A DNA stretch of 64,000 nucleotides from Octopus sinensis. Lineage: Eukaryota. Shown piece by piece: positions 10,735 to 22,177 of this stretch (positions are counted from its first letter, which is position 1; each line of letters begins with the position of its first letter). The stretch spans positions 67,828,001-67,892,000 of the forward strand of contig NC_043003.1 of NCBI RefSeq assembly GCF_006345805.1, read 5' to 3'. The position numbers and the translations under genes were made by a program. Under the pieces are notes generated by a model that ran no database searches, was not told the origin of the DNA, and worked only from the letters and a program-made list of their open reading frames with translations.

Positions 10735-10860
10735 CGCCGTGGTCGAATTTGCCTTTCATCCTCTCGGGGTCGATAAACTCAGTTGCGTACTGGGGGTCGA
10801 TCTAATCAACTGGCTCTCACCCGCAAAATTTCGGGCTTGTGCCTAGATTAGAAAATATTT
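10735..10860 (+). mobile_element. tRNA-SINE family B, partial
   Basis: GCCTTTCATCCTCTCGGGGTCGATAAA body shared with the 21713, 25601, 37045 and 40861 copies. Confidence 0.8.
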
Positions 10861-10889
10861 TTTATGTATTTTGCATTCTTTATTCTTTT

Positions 10890-11095
10890 TTTCTTTTACT
10901 TGTTTCACTTGATAGCCACCATTCTGGAGTAGCACTCTACAGGGTTTTAGTCGAATAAACTGAATCAAGGACTTATTCTTTGTAAGAGTAGTACTTATTC
11001 TATCGGTCTGTTTTGGTGAACCACTAATTTATTGGGACATTGACACACCAACATTAGTTGTAGGGGACAAGCACAGACCACAGACTCAAACACAT
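10890..11095 (-). mobile_element. tRNA-SINE family A, 3' half
   Basis: GGACTTATTCTTTGTAAG..TAGTACTTATTCTATCGGTC matches the 51172-51420 copy. Confidence 0.8.
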
Positions 11096-11158
11096 AAATA
11101 TACAATATATACATTATATGTATTTATATATATATATTATATGTATATATATATGTAT

Positions 11159-11192
<34 letters not shown>

Positions 11193-11475
11193 GTATATAT
11201 ATGTATGTATATATTATATGTATGTATGTATATATATGTTGTAGTATATATATGTATGTATGATATATATGTATGTATGTATATATATATGTATATGTAT
11301 GTATATATATGTATATGAATGTATGTGTATGTATGTATGTGTATATTGTATGTATGTATATATATGTATATTTATGTATATATTATATGTATATGTATGT
11401 ATGTATATATATGTATATATATGTATATTATATATGTATATAATATATATATGTACGTATGTATGTTATATATAG

Positions 11476-11520
<45 letters not shown>
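11095..11520. repeat. (TA)n/(TATG)n microsatellite
   Basis: Direct reading. Confidence 0.95.
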
Positions 11521-11529
11521 TGTATGCTT

Positions 11530-12428
11530 AAGTTTGTTATCGAGAGCACGAATGAGAATATCACGATTTTCATGGATATCACTTGCCATAAGGATGACGT
11601 AATAACTACGGATTTATACCCCACCGAATTTGTTGCCTCATAACTTCCAGAAAAATTGATACTTTTTAACGAAACTTTCAACAAATAATCATGTAAGTTC
11701 TGTGGGTTGAACGTAAGTAAACATTTGCTGGAAAACATTTTTACGAGAGGTTGGAGAGAGTTTCGGAAAATCCACACGACCTGACATTTTCTTCCTCATA
11801 ACTTTGAGGAAAATGGGTATTTTTTAATGAAATTTTATACAAAGACCTTTCAAACGTGTCTGGATTATGATTACAAAGAAATCTGCAAGCAAAACTTTTT
11901 GGAAAGGGGCAGGGGGTGGATCTCCTCAAAATGTAGTTTCGGATCAGACGACTCAAGTTGGCATATCTCCGTTTTGACGGGGTTGTTTTCCAATTTATTT
12001 TTCATCACAGGCTTTGGAATGACAGGAGGTATCTTTTCATGGAAAAAAGAATAAAATTTTGAAAATGTATGATTGTTTTTCTCTCCCATCACCCATTCGC
12101 CACCAGACAGATTTTGACCATTTTTTTCACTACGCACATAAAATGCGTGGGAGAAATATTTTTGATTAAAAAAAAACATTGTTAATATTTTCAAAGGAAA
12201 ATGTGTGATTTAAGGGAGAACTGGCTGTTGTTTCTTGCACATGCCAAGATCTACTTCCTCGTTTCTTTCTCATTTCTTTCACATCTATTGATGTTTTTCA
12301 AATTTTGCTCTCCATAAACACATTTTATGAAATGATGATGCCAAAGTAACCCACGCGTCGGATATGAAAAGAGAAAAAGCAAAAAATGGTAATTTAAATT
12401 TTTACTCGCACCCCAACCGAGCGAGGCT

Positions 12429-12472
<44 letters not shown>

Positions 12473-13180
12473 ATAAGAAAACAACATTTACTAATAGAAA
12501 ATAATGCTATCAAAATAATTCCTCTTTTACATACCTCTTATGAAAATCACTATGGATAAATCCCAGCAATAATCTTCTCAGACTCTACAAAGTTTTAGAA
12601 TTATGTAAACAGAAACAATCGGGGCAGGGAGTGGGGCTAAAAAATCATAAATTTTCAATCTTTTTCTTTTTATTATAACATAAATGTGTTTATGGAGAAA
12701 AATATTGAAAAATATCAAAACATATTTGAGTGAGAAAAAATTATGAGGGAGGTCTTGCGATTTGCTAGAAACAACGGCTAAATCTCCTTCAAATCGCACT
12801 TTTTACTCTGATATGATTAAATTTTTTTTGTGACCGAAAAGGTTTCTCTGTTGTCTTTTAAGTGCGTAATGAAATCGGTCAGCGCTGGGGTGCTGCGGGT
12901 GTGGCGGGAGGGAAAAAATCATAATTTTTCTTTGCTTCGTAGAAAGATACCTTCCATAATGTGCTGAAAAAATTATGAAAAAACTTCTTTAAAACGGAGA
13001 ACTTTTCCAGAAACTCCTTCCCTGAATACGGAGGTTCGTCTCCTCTGACAATGGAATCCATCTACAAATATTATTCTGGACCATTGAGGCCCCAGAAACA
13101 GCCGTTAGATTTGTATTACTTCCCTTCAGCCCCTTTAATTCTTGATACCATTTCCATTGTAAGTCAGACCTTTTTGCATG
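11530..13180. mobile_element. Possible old non-autonomous DNA-transposon relic with internal repeated modules, interrupted by (GT)n
   Basis: Repeated modules CTCATAACTT...AAAA.TG..TA.TTTTTAA.GAAA.TTT (11637, 11795) and G-rich+AAAAAATCATAA.TTTT (12620, 12900); no TIR or ORF identified. Confidence 0.3.
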
Positions 13181-13342
13181 AAAACATACGTTTTTTTTTG
13201 TGTTACTAGTATTAAATATAGTTTGTATATTAACCAGCCTAACTTACTTATCCTTACGTTTTCTTCTATACCTGCTGAAGTTGAATGCTCTTGAGCACAA
13301 CTACGTGTATTCTATATGGAGAATAGTTGATTCCCATTTATG

Positions 13343-13390
<48 letters not shown>

Positions 13391-13391
<1 letters not shown>

Positions 13392-13766
13392 CTGGCTAAT
13401 TCGCAATTTTACAAACTAAATGCAAAACTACATAGGTCACTAAAGTGAACAGGAGCATTAATCCGCACCAATATTGCTAGAAATAAGAGTTAAATCAACT
13501 CAATCGCCACAGAAGCACAATTTTAAAGGTCTGACAAGGGAGACATGCTCCTTGTGGTCGTAAATGCAGCCAGATTGTTGATGATTTCGCTTGCTGATGC
13601 TTAATACTCATCTCATTCGTCAGCTCAATAAGATAGTGCGTTTGTTGGCTGTTGAGTTATTTTGACTCTTATTTCTAGCAATATTAGTGCTGATTAATGC
13701 CTTTTTTCCCCTTTAGCGACGGATGTATTTCTGTTTCTAGGATTTAAACTTGCGAATCAGCCACCC
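13391..13766. mobile_element. Fold-back element (arms 13391-13519 / 13636-13766) next to (TA)n
   Basis: GCATTAATC.GCAC.AATATTGCTAGAAATAAGAGT.AAA is present in both orientations; the spacer is homologous (inverted) to 13835-14010. Confidence 0.8.
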
Positions 13767-14015
13767 ATATTATTTGTAATTCTCACTTTACCGTTTATGA
13801 AAACAACATATGATTTTGACGGAGAACTTATAAACTGACAAGGCGAGATATGTTTAACCCTACGCGAGATGAGCTTAATACTAAGCGCAATGAGAGCTAC
13901 TGATGAGCATTAAGTTATGCCAAGCATCAGAATGCAAAATCATCGGTGATCTACCGCTGTCTGCGACCGTACATACTTGTCTCCCTTGTTAACTCAATAA
14001 GATAATGCTTTTCGT

Positions 14016-14165
14016 GGCTAGGATTCTTTCAGTTTCTGTCTAACGAATCCATTAAGAAAGCTTTGATCCGGCCGAGGCTATATCCGTCCAAGGTGCCACG
14101 CAGTGGGACTGAACCTGGGTCGATGTGGTGGGGAAGCAAGCTCCTTACCAAACAGCCACGCCTGT
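14016..14165 (-). mobile_element. tRNA-SINE family A, 5' half
   Basis: CCAAGGTGCCACGCAGTGGGACTGAACC...CTTACC..ACAGCCACGCCTG is the reverse complement of the head at 50093. Confidence 0.85.
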
Positions 14166-16694
14166 GACTGAATATAATTAATGCATACATGGGCCTTGTG
14201 TTTCATTGATGTCTTCGATGTTAACTGCGTTTCTATCACAGTTTCTTTTCATAATTTTGACTGCAGATTTATTAATGATATAAAATAATAGCATCGATTA
14301 ATAAATGCATAAATATATTTCAACTACTTTACCGTGTTTGATGCTTTGAAATAGTTTCCTCAAAATACAAATAATTATGTTAAGATATTTACATAATAAA
14401 AGTTAAAAAAGGAGAAAATTATGGAGTGATAAGTACTGAATTCATTTATGAATACTGAAAGTATTTGAAAATTATGATTTCAGTTTATCATGAATTAACT
14501 TTCCGTTTTAGTGCAATTATTAATGAATTAATGCACGCGAGTCATGAATAGTTCAGTGCAAGAGAGTATACGAAGTCTGAAAATGTTTCTATGGCAAATA
14601 ATAATAATAATTGTAGGATTGGTGGTTCGCATTTTCGGAACGTTGGGGCTTGTTTTCCCCGATTCAGTCGTCTGAATAAGACAGTGCTTTAAGCAAGAGC
14701 ATTTTGTTCGTTTATAGTTCAAAATCTACTTCCGCGAGAGCAATCATTTTTGATGGACTGTTATGTTCTCCATCGGGTTCTTTCATTAGATAAAATGAAG
14801 ACAGCATTGGCATCCCGAATTTTGTTTTAGAACAGTTGAGAATATATAAAAAAAATTTTTAATTCCCATTATTCCGATAAATTGAGCTGTTAGGTAAATT
14901 CGTTCGTTTCTTTCCAATTTCGTATTCCCTCTAAAAATTATGTTTACCTTTGCGATTTGTTTAGATTTAATTTTTCTCTGTAACTCTTGTTTGTTATTTT
15001 GAAACTTAAATTTTCTTTTCTCTTAGACGTATGACGATGGAGGGTTAAACAGAAGAAAAAAATGAAGCAAATTTATGATAACCCAATAATTTCATTTCAA
15101 AAAATGCTTCCTGAAAATGAACCCCAATTCTGGTTAGTTATTTACAACTACTCGTTCGCCACATTTTATATTATTTTCTTGTCACAAATTCGGTTCCTTA
15201 GGACAGTTGTATTATCGACTTAAGATTATTAGTGGCTTGCTGATAGAATCCGAAATTATATTAATCATTGCAGATAATTATATATGACAAATGACTCATA
15301 TTTCAGCTCTAGGAAAAATGAACTTTGAGAAATGTATGCCATTCTGAAAAAAAAACAGAAAGAAAAAATTTTGCTGTAGAACTAACAGTGTCTGGATACA
15401 AATAGTAAATTTATGTTTTCTCTTGTAATATATAGGGCTATAGATGTTCTCCGACATCAAATATCGTAAGTCACACAGTACAACCAGTCTCTTTTTTACA
15501 AGTCCATCGTCTTCTCGGAAACTTTTGTTTATAACATTTATTCCTCTGTTCACTGTCTCTGCCAGTCGCATTTTAGCTGTTATTTATCTGTCTAGTCTCA
15601 ATGATTAATAGATAAAAGTTTTCTTTCTGTTTTTTTTTTTTTTACTTGCATGAACTTAGATACTAAACATTCTCAGTCGGAAAAATAATATTTCTGTAAC
15701 TCTATAAACTAGCAAAGAAAGTAGACACAATAGCTTGTTATTGTATAATCAGTATGCATCAAGGTGCCATCATATTATGTTATCACAGCTTTCAACCAGA
15801 CAATTACCAGAAAAAAATTCTCATGTTTATCAGGATAGCAATTTACTACACCATAAAGTTGAGAATTATCGAGATTATTTGCAATTGTTACCGTATTCCT
15901 TCAAGGTATACAATAACAAAATGATTTATTAGCGGTTGTATCCGTAGCAAAGCACTTCAACAGACCACTTTAATTCTCAATTAAAAATATTTATCGATTG
16001 GTTTTAAATGATCATTCATTATATGGAAATATTTATTTTACGTTTTTACATGTAAATCAGATTTCACTTCAATGTTCGATTTTACTGTTTTTCATGTCAC
16101 GCTGACTTAACTTGCTTGTCTTTCCTCAGGATTTATGCAACGTATGCGCGAAAGGGTGTATGTATATGTGGGAGTGGGTCAGCTGTTGTATATGACTCTG
16201 TCTGTGTGTGTTGTGTGTGTGTGTACATTTAGATATAACAAACCGAGTAACTGGGAAAATGTTTAGTATTATTTATATTACATATTAGAAATGTTTCATT
16301 CCGAAATAAGAATTACATAGGTCTACAAATAGAAAAAAAACACGTCAGACATATCTTGTTAAAATAATATTGAAACATGTGTAATGGAAAAGATAATACC
16401 AAAAATTTTGACGTCTTCTAATTTGGTATGCAATGATTCAGCACAAGTATTTTCCATTGTTTTACAGTATACTTCGGGGTTTTCAACTGACGTGGAATAT
16501 ATTATCTACATATATATTTTAAAGCACATGATTATGCAGATGCGATTCATGAAAACAAAGACACGGTGTAACACCCGACGCTTTGATAGCAGCCCCAATG
16601 CGTCGAATTACAACCGACCGGCGAACCAGAAAAGCATATACACAGAGTATGTGTGTTGCGTATATATATATATATAATTATAGATAATAATAAA

Positions 16695-17011
16695 GGGTAA
16701 AATTAATCAATTAATCATTAATCATTTTACCAAGTAGTTCGCTATGTTAAAAGATCAATTATCGGTAATCTTAATCAAAAGATTCTATAATTATAAATAA
16801 AATTATAATTAGGGTTCACCAAAAATTTCTTCACCACATACCGAAATTTAGAATTAGCAGTTAAATACTCTTCCACTAACATAAGCTATCTCCCAGACAG
16901 TAATACTCTCAACTCACGCAGGTATCTTATGGTAGTGGAATTGTATTTAACTGGTATTTCTGAATTTCGGTATGTGGTGAAGCAATTTTTGCTGAAACCT
17001 AATTATAATTA
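16695..17011 (+). mobile_element. Tail plus fold-back element (arms ~16800-16865 / 16945-17011)
   Basis: CTTCACCACATACCGAAATT is inverted as AATTTCGGTATGTGGTGAAG; the tail matches 53100-53181 reversed. Confidence 0.75.
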
Positions 17012-17074
17012 TGCTTATAATAATTGTTTTTTTGTATATTGACAGATATATAGATTCATAGATAGATAATGTAA

Positions 17075-17136
<62 letters not shown>

Positions 17137-17175
17137 CAGAGAGAGACAGAGAGAGACAGAGCTAAAGCAAATATA

Positions 17176-17231
<56 letters not shown>

Positions 17232-17468
17232 AAAAATAGATTTAGGCGTAATGCTGGTGTAAATAATTAATTATTTTAATTATTTGTTCAGTTGCGTAAA
17301 AAGATTAAAGGATATGTTGAAAATATATGCAAATCATAACTTTTATTCTCAGATATGTCTAGCGTAATTAAATCAAGAAGAAAATGTTCTTATATGCATG
17401 TGAGCGTGCGTTTCTGTCTGTGTGTATATGTGTGTGTGTGTCTGTGTGCGCGCGCGTATATATATATA

Positions 17469-17510
<42 letters not shown>

Positions 17511-18427
17511 TGTGTGTATAACTTGCTTAGGCACAAGAAGTATATTGTGTTTTTCTTTGTATGCGGAACAATAATCTTTGAAGCATCTTTGGAAGATGAT
17601 TCTTAATTACATTTCTGTTTATATAAGAGAATATTCGGTTGGTTTTCCATTCTGTGCTAAAACAATTTCAAATAAATATCTTTATATTAAACATATGTTA
17701 GGTATCCTGACTTATACTGGGTTGAATAAAACTATGTTACATACACATATGCAAATATTTACATATACATAGAAATACAGGCATGCCTGTTCGCGTCTGT
17801 GCATATATTATACGCTTAACAATTCTTCGTGTCTTTCGACGTGTGTTGTTTCGGTCATTAGATTGCGGCTGTGCTGGGGCGCTGTATACAAGAGTTATTT
17901 CTTTAGTCATATCAATCGACCTGATTTTGAATTGGTTTTAAGCCTCCTATGTATTGTATATGTCTTTGTTGCCGAACCGCTATGTTACTTGGATATAATT
18001 ACATAAACACCGGCTATTTTCAAGCGGGGATGAGGGACACACATGCACACACTCATACATATATACATATATACACATAGAGAGAGAGGGAGGGTGAGAG
18101 ACAGAAAGACAGAGAGAGTGAGAGAGAGAGAAAAAAAGACAGAGAAAGAAAGAAAGTTTGATGGATAGATAGATATATGGATATATATATTTCTTTATTA
18201 GCCATACAGGGCTGCACACAGACGGGACAAATTACAAGGAAGAGCTTTGGGGGGGGGTAAAAAGGGTGGGTTCGATTAAAAGGGATCGTAAAAGGAAAGA
18301 AAGAGGAAGCAAAAAAAAGGGAAAAAATAAAAATAAAAGGAAAAAGAAAAAAATCGATCAATAGGGATCGTTATCACAGAAACAGATATATGGATAGATA
18401 AATAGATAGATTGATAGATAGATATAC

Positions 18428-18570
18428 ACGACGGTCTTCTTTAAGTTTCCGTTCACCAAATCCACTCACAAGTCTTTGGTCAGCCCGAGGTTATAGCAAA
18501 AGAGAATTGTCCAAGATAACGCTCAGTAGGACTAAAACCCGGGACCATGTGGTTGAGAAGCAAGATTCTG
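18428..18570 (-). mobile_element. tRNA-SINE family A, 5' half, diverged
   Basis: CACGACGG.CTTCTTT.AGTTTCCGT..ACCAAATCCACTCACAAG...GACCATGTGGTTG. Confidence 0.8.
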
Positions 18571-19319
18571 CTTCATATTTTGAATTCATTCTTGACCATT
18601 CGAGTTTCATTTGCTTTTCCTAATCTTGGGAATCGTTGATGTGTATATCGCTTTATCTGCCTCACTTTCTATCTAATTCTGTATCGATCAATAATTCCGT
18701 TGGAGTGTATGTGTCATATAGACTTGCAATGAAAGACAAGGCAATCAGTGGAACGCATTGAAATAGAAGCTAATAAATCAAAAGAATGGATTGTGACCGT
18801 GAAGATAAATAGTAAAACCTAACTCGTCAGAAAATACGAAAATTATAGCATCCATATTTTCAAGTCATATACAATCATTTTGTAAATAATCACCGAGTAT
18901 ATAATATTTATCTACAGATATTACCATTTTATTAGTTTTTACTTTACGAACCAAATATGAGATGGAATGCATCAATATATTTGATTATTATCTCACCTAT
19001 GATTGTACATCCGTAAAATATCATACATTTGACTAGTATGTCGTGACGTATAAGGTGCAGCACTTGAAGAAAAAGAAAAGCTAAGCAACGTGTTTAAAAT
19101 AATAAGTGGCATTATATACTATAACAAGTAATTTGTCACAAAGCATTCATAAAACCTACAGAAATGTACATTCACAAATATATATATAGGTACACCTGCA
19201 TATACACACGCAGATATATATATATGTGTGTGTGTGTGAATATATGAGTGTGTGTGGATGTATGTATAGATGTATACGTATGTATATATGCATTATATAT
19301 GTACGTATGTATGTATGAA

Positions 19320-19420
19320 TGTAAGTAGGTTGGTAGGTGGGTAGGTAGGTAGGTAGGTAGGTAGGTAGGTAGGTAGGTAGGTAGGTAGGTAGGTAGGTAG
19401 GTAGGTAGGTAGGTCGGTCG
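19320..19420. repeat. (GGTA)n tetranucleotide repeat
   Basis: Direct reading. Confidence 0.95.
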
Positions 19421-19845
19421 GTCGGTAGGAAAATGTATATGAATGTAAATATGTGGAAATTGCTTACAAGAAATAGTGAAGAGCAATTAAGACGACGCAG
19501 AATATAATTACTTTCATTCCGCTGATGATGTTTGTCATTATTTCGACAACAAAACTGCTGATGAATTTACCCGATGAAGTGCGTTACTTAGTGTACAATG
19601 GCGTCGGTAGCTCCTAGAGGCAATGTGAAAAGAGAATAAGTTTCAAATCTTCAGTGCAAAAAAACAACTAACAGGTTTAGTTTCATACAGCAATTGTATC
19701 ATTTAATGACAATAGTCTATGGAAACAAGAAGAATCAGAATGATTTTATCTCGACAACGTGGCAGCATTTCTAACTAATTTTCATGAACATTACCTTTCA
19801 CATAGACAAGATATTGTAATTGAAGGCGAAAATTCAGGCGTAGGT

Positions 19846-19995
19846 GTGGCTGCTTGGTAAGACGCCTGCTTCTCAACCCTATCGAACCAGATTGAGTCTC
19901 GATGCCTACTATCTAGGATAACTGTCTTATAATATAGTCTCCGACCGACTCGAGCATGCTAAGTTGATTTGGTGGATCAAAACTGAAAGAAGTCC
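19846..19995 (+). mobile_element. tRNA-SINE family A, 5' half, diverged
   Basis: GGCGTAGGTGTGGCTGCTTGGTAAG...AAACTGAAAGAAG. Confidence 0.7.
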
Positions 19996-20011
19996 TTAGT
20001 ACATATAAATA

Positions 20012-20229
20012 CAGGGTGGCCCAAAAGCAGATTTACAGTTATTCAACTATTTGTTTCGCATTCATATATTAACAGTTTGGATTTTAATTATGAAAAAAAT
20101 GAAACCATCATTCTATGCTAATTTAATTAATTTTATCACGCTCTCTTTTCAGTTGGTAAGATAGAAATTTAGTTGTAATGAAATGCTTTAAAACAAATTT
20201 AAAGTGCTTTCATGATAACAGTAAACCTA
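20012..20229. mobile_element. Tc1/mariner-type MITE whose right TIR appears interrupted
   Basis: TA-CAGGGTGGCCCAAAAGCAGATTTACAGTT at left; partial inverse AACAGTAAACCTA at right, followed directly by a Tc1 terminus. Confidence 0.45.
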
Positions 20230-20901
20230 CAGCGTTGACCAAACGTATTAGGCCACCCCAATGTTTTGGAGTTCTGCTATCTCAATGTAAATAAAACTCG
20301 TGCACATGGTAGATTATACTATATTTCACAATATATGTTCGTTTTAATATCTGGTTGATCCTCCTTTAGCATCAATTACCACTTTTAAACTGTAATATAC
20401 ATATGCAATCAATTATGAGTTAGACCACCGTCCAAAATTGACGTTTTGTTTCCTTGATTATTTCAGAGTTTTATGCTAAAAAGGTCAAATCGTAACTCAG
20501 CATGAAAATTACTCAGAAGATAAAATGTACTTGATGTGCAGTGCAAACGACTCGCAAACGCTTCAGATAGACAAAAAGATGTGAAGTCAATACAAAGAAA
20601 AGGTAGAAAAAAGGTTACATCACTTCGTGAGGACAGATCTACCACCCGTCAGTAGCTCAGACACACGAGAAAAGCATCGTCGGAGATCTGTGCGGACTTC
20701 AGCGAGGCAAGTATTTCACAAATATCAACCAGGACTGTTAGAAGAAGGCTTGTAGAAAACGGTCTGAAATGTTCTAAAGCCAGGAAAAAGATATGGGTTT
20801 CTGAAATGAATATGGAAAAACGTCTTGAGTGAGCCAAAAACCACTCAAATTGAACCAGTGAGCAACGGTCGAAAGTCATATGGTCTGATGAAAGTAACTA
20901 T
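20230..20901 (+). pseudogene. Tc1-family transposon 5' half; transposase pseudogene (20587-20901)
   Basis: Translation RKGRKKVTSLREDR...ISTRTVRRRLVENGL...RKK...KRLE*AKNHSN*TSEQRSKVIWSDES: HTH region plus first catalytic Asp; the two W codons are TGA. Confidence 0.9.
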
Positions 20902-20988
20902 ACACATACGTGTATATATATAATATATATATATATTGTTATACTTCGGAATGGCCATATTGCCAGTTTAGCCAATAAATATTTAAAC

Positions 20989-21105
<117 letters not shown>

Positions 21106-21712
21106 ATATATGTATATATATATATATACACGCGTATGTTGGGCACCTTATCATAAGATTGTTACCAATTACATAATCCTTTATATTTTGATAATCGAAG
21201 TCAGCTTGTAATGGAATATTCATTAAAATGCTTTCACAGGTATTTTCTCTCAAATATTCGCCGTATTTATGTGCAGCTATCACTGATTATGTATTTATGA
21301 ATATATGTTACGATAACATAAAAAAAACTCACGTTGTGCAATTGTGAGACGATTTTCAATTGCCTTTAGTGTTGCATGCACTTTAGAATGGCGGGTGATT
21401 TGTAAAAGAAAATAAAACAGTCAAATCAGTGATAAAACTGTTGATTTGTTTACGAAATTTACACCAATTTACTTGACATAATTATAATTAAAAGGCGAAT
21501 TCATATAGCTTATAATACGTAATAATGACACGTATTATATCTTCCGAAAAGTGACCGATGAATAAACGCTGTGAAATTATGTATCAAGAAATACAGAAAA
21601 GGAAACAAAATTAGCAATTTTTATCAAATTAATTTTAACTAAATAGTTTCAGATTGTAGCCTGGTACTTGCTTTTAATTGTTGTGGATTGAAACACTATA
21701 TCTGCAATACTA

Positions 21713-21923
21713 AGGCAGCATGCTGGCAGAAACGTTACCACGACGGACGAAATGCTTAACAGTATTTCGTCTGTCTTTATGTTCTGAGTTCAAATTCCGC
21801 CGAGGTCGGCTTTGCCTTTCATCTTTTCGAGGTCGAAAATTAAGTACCAATTGCGTACTGGGGTCTATCTAATCGACTGGCTCCCTCCACAAAATTTTGG
21901 GCCTTGTGCTTAGATTTAAGGAG
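21713..21923 (+). mobile_element. tRNA-SINE family B with an 18-bp target-site duplication
   Basis: ACTATATCTGCAATACTA at 21695-21712 and 21924-21941. Confidence 0.9.
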
Positions 21924-22070
21924 ACTATATCTGCAATACTAGGAAGCTACACATTGATATGAGGTATATCTGCAATTATATTAAGAACGTGTTCATATTT
22001 TTGGAAGCTTTTCTCGTAGAAAAAACTAAATACCCTACCTCTTAAAACTTTACCAAACAAAGGAGACAAA

Positions 22071-22177
22071 GTAAATATAATACCATTAAATATAACACCA
22101 CTAAATATAATACCATTAAATATAATACCACTAAATATAATACCATTAAATATACCATTAAATATAATACCATTAAA
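22071..22177. repeat. 15-bp minisatellite (AAATATAATACCA(T/C)T), about 7 units
   Basis: Direct reading; one unit is shortened. Confidence 0.9.

Noticed and set aside
13600-13630. CTGACGA on the minus strand as a hammerhead core
   Set aside because: Comparison with the 13835-14010 copy suggests it arises at a deletion junction, and no stem I partner exists.
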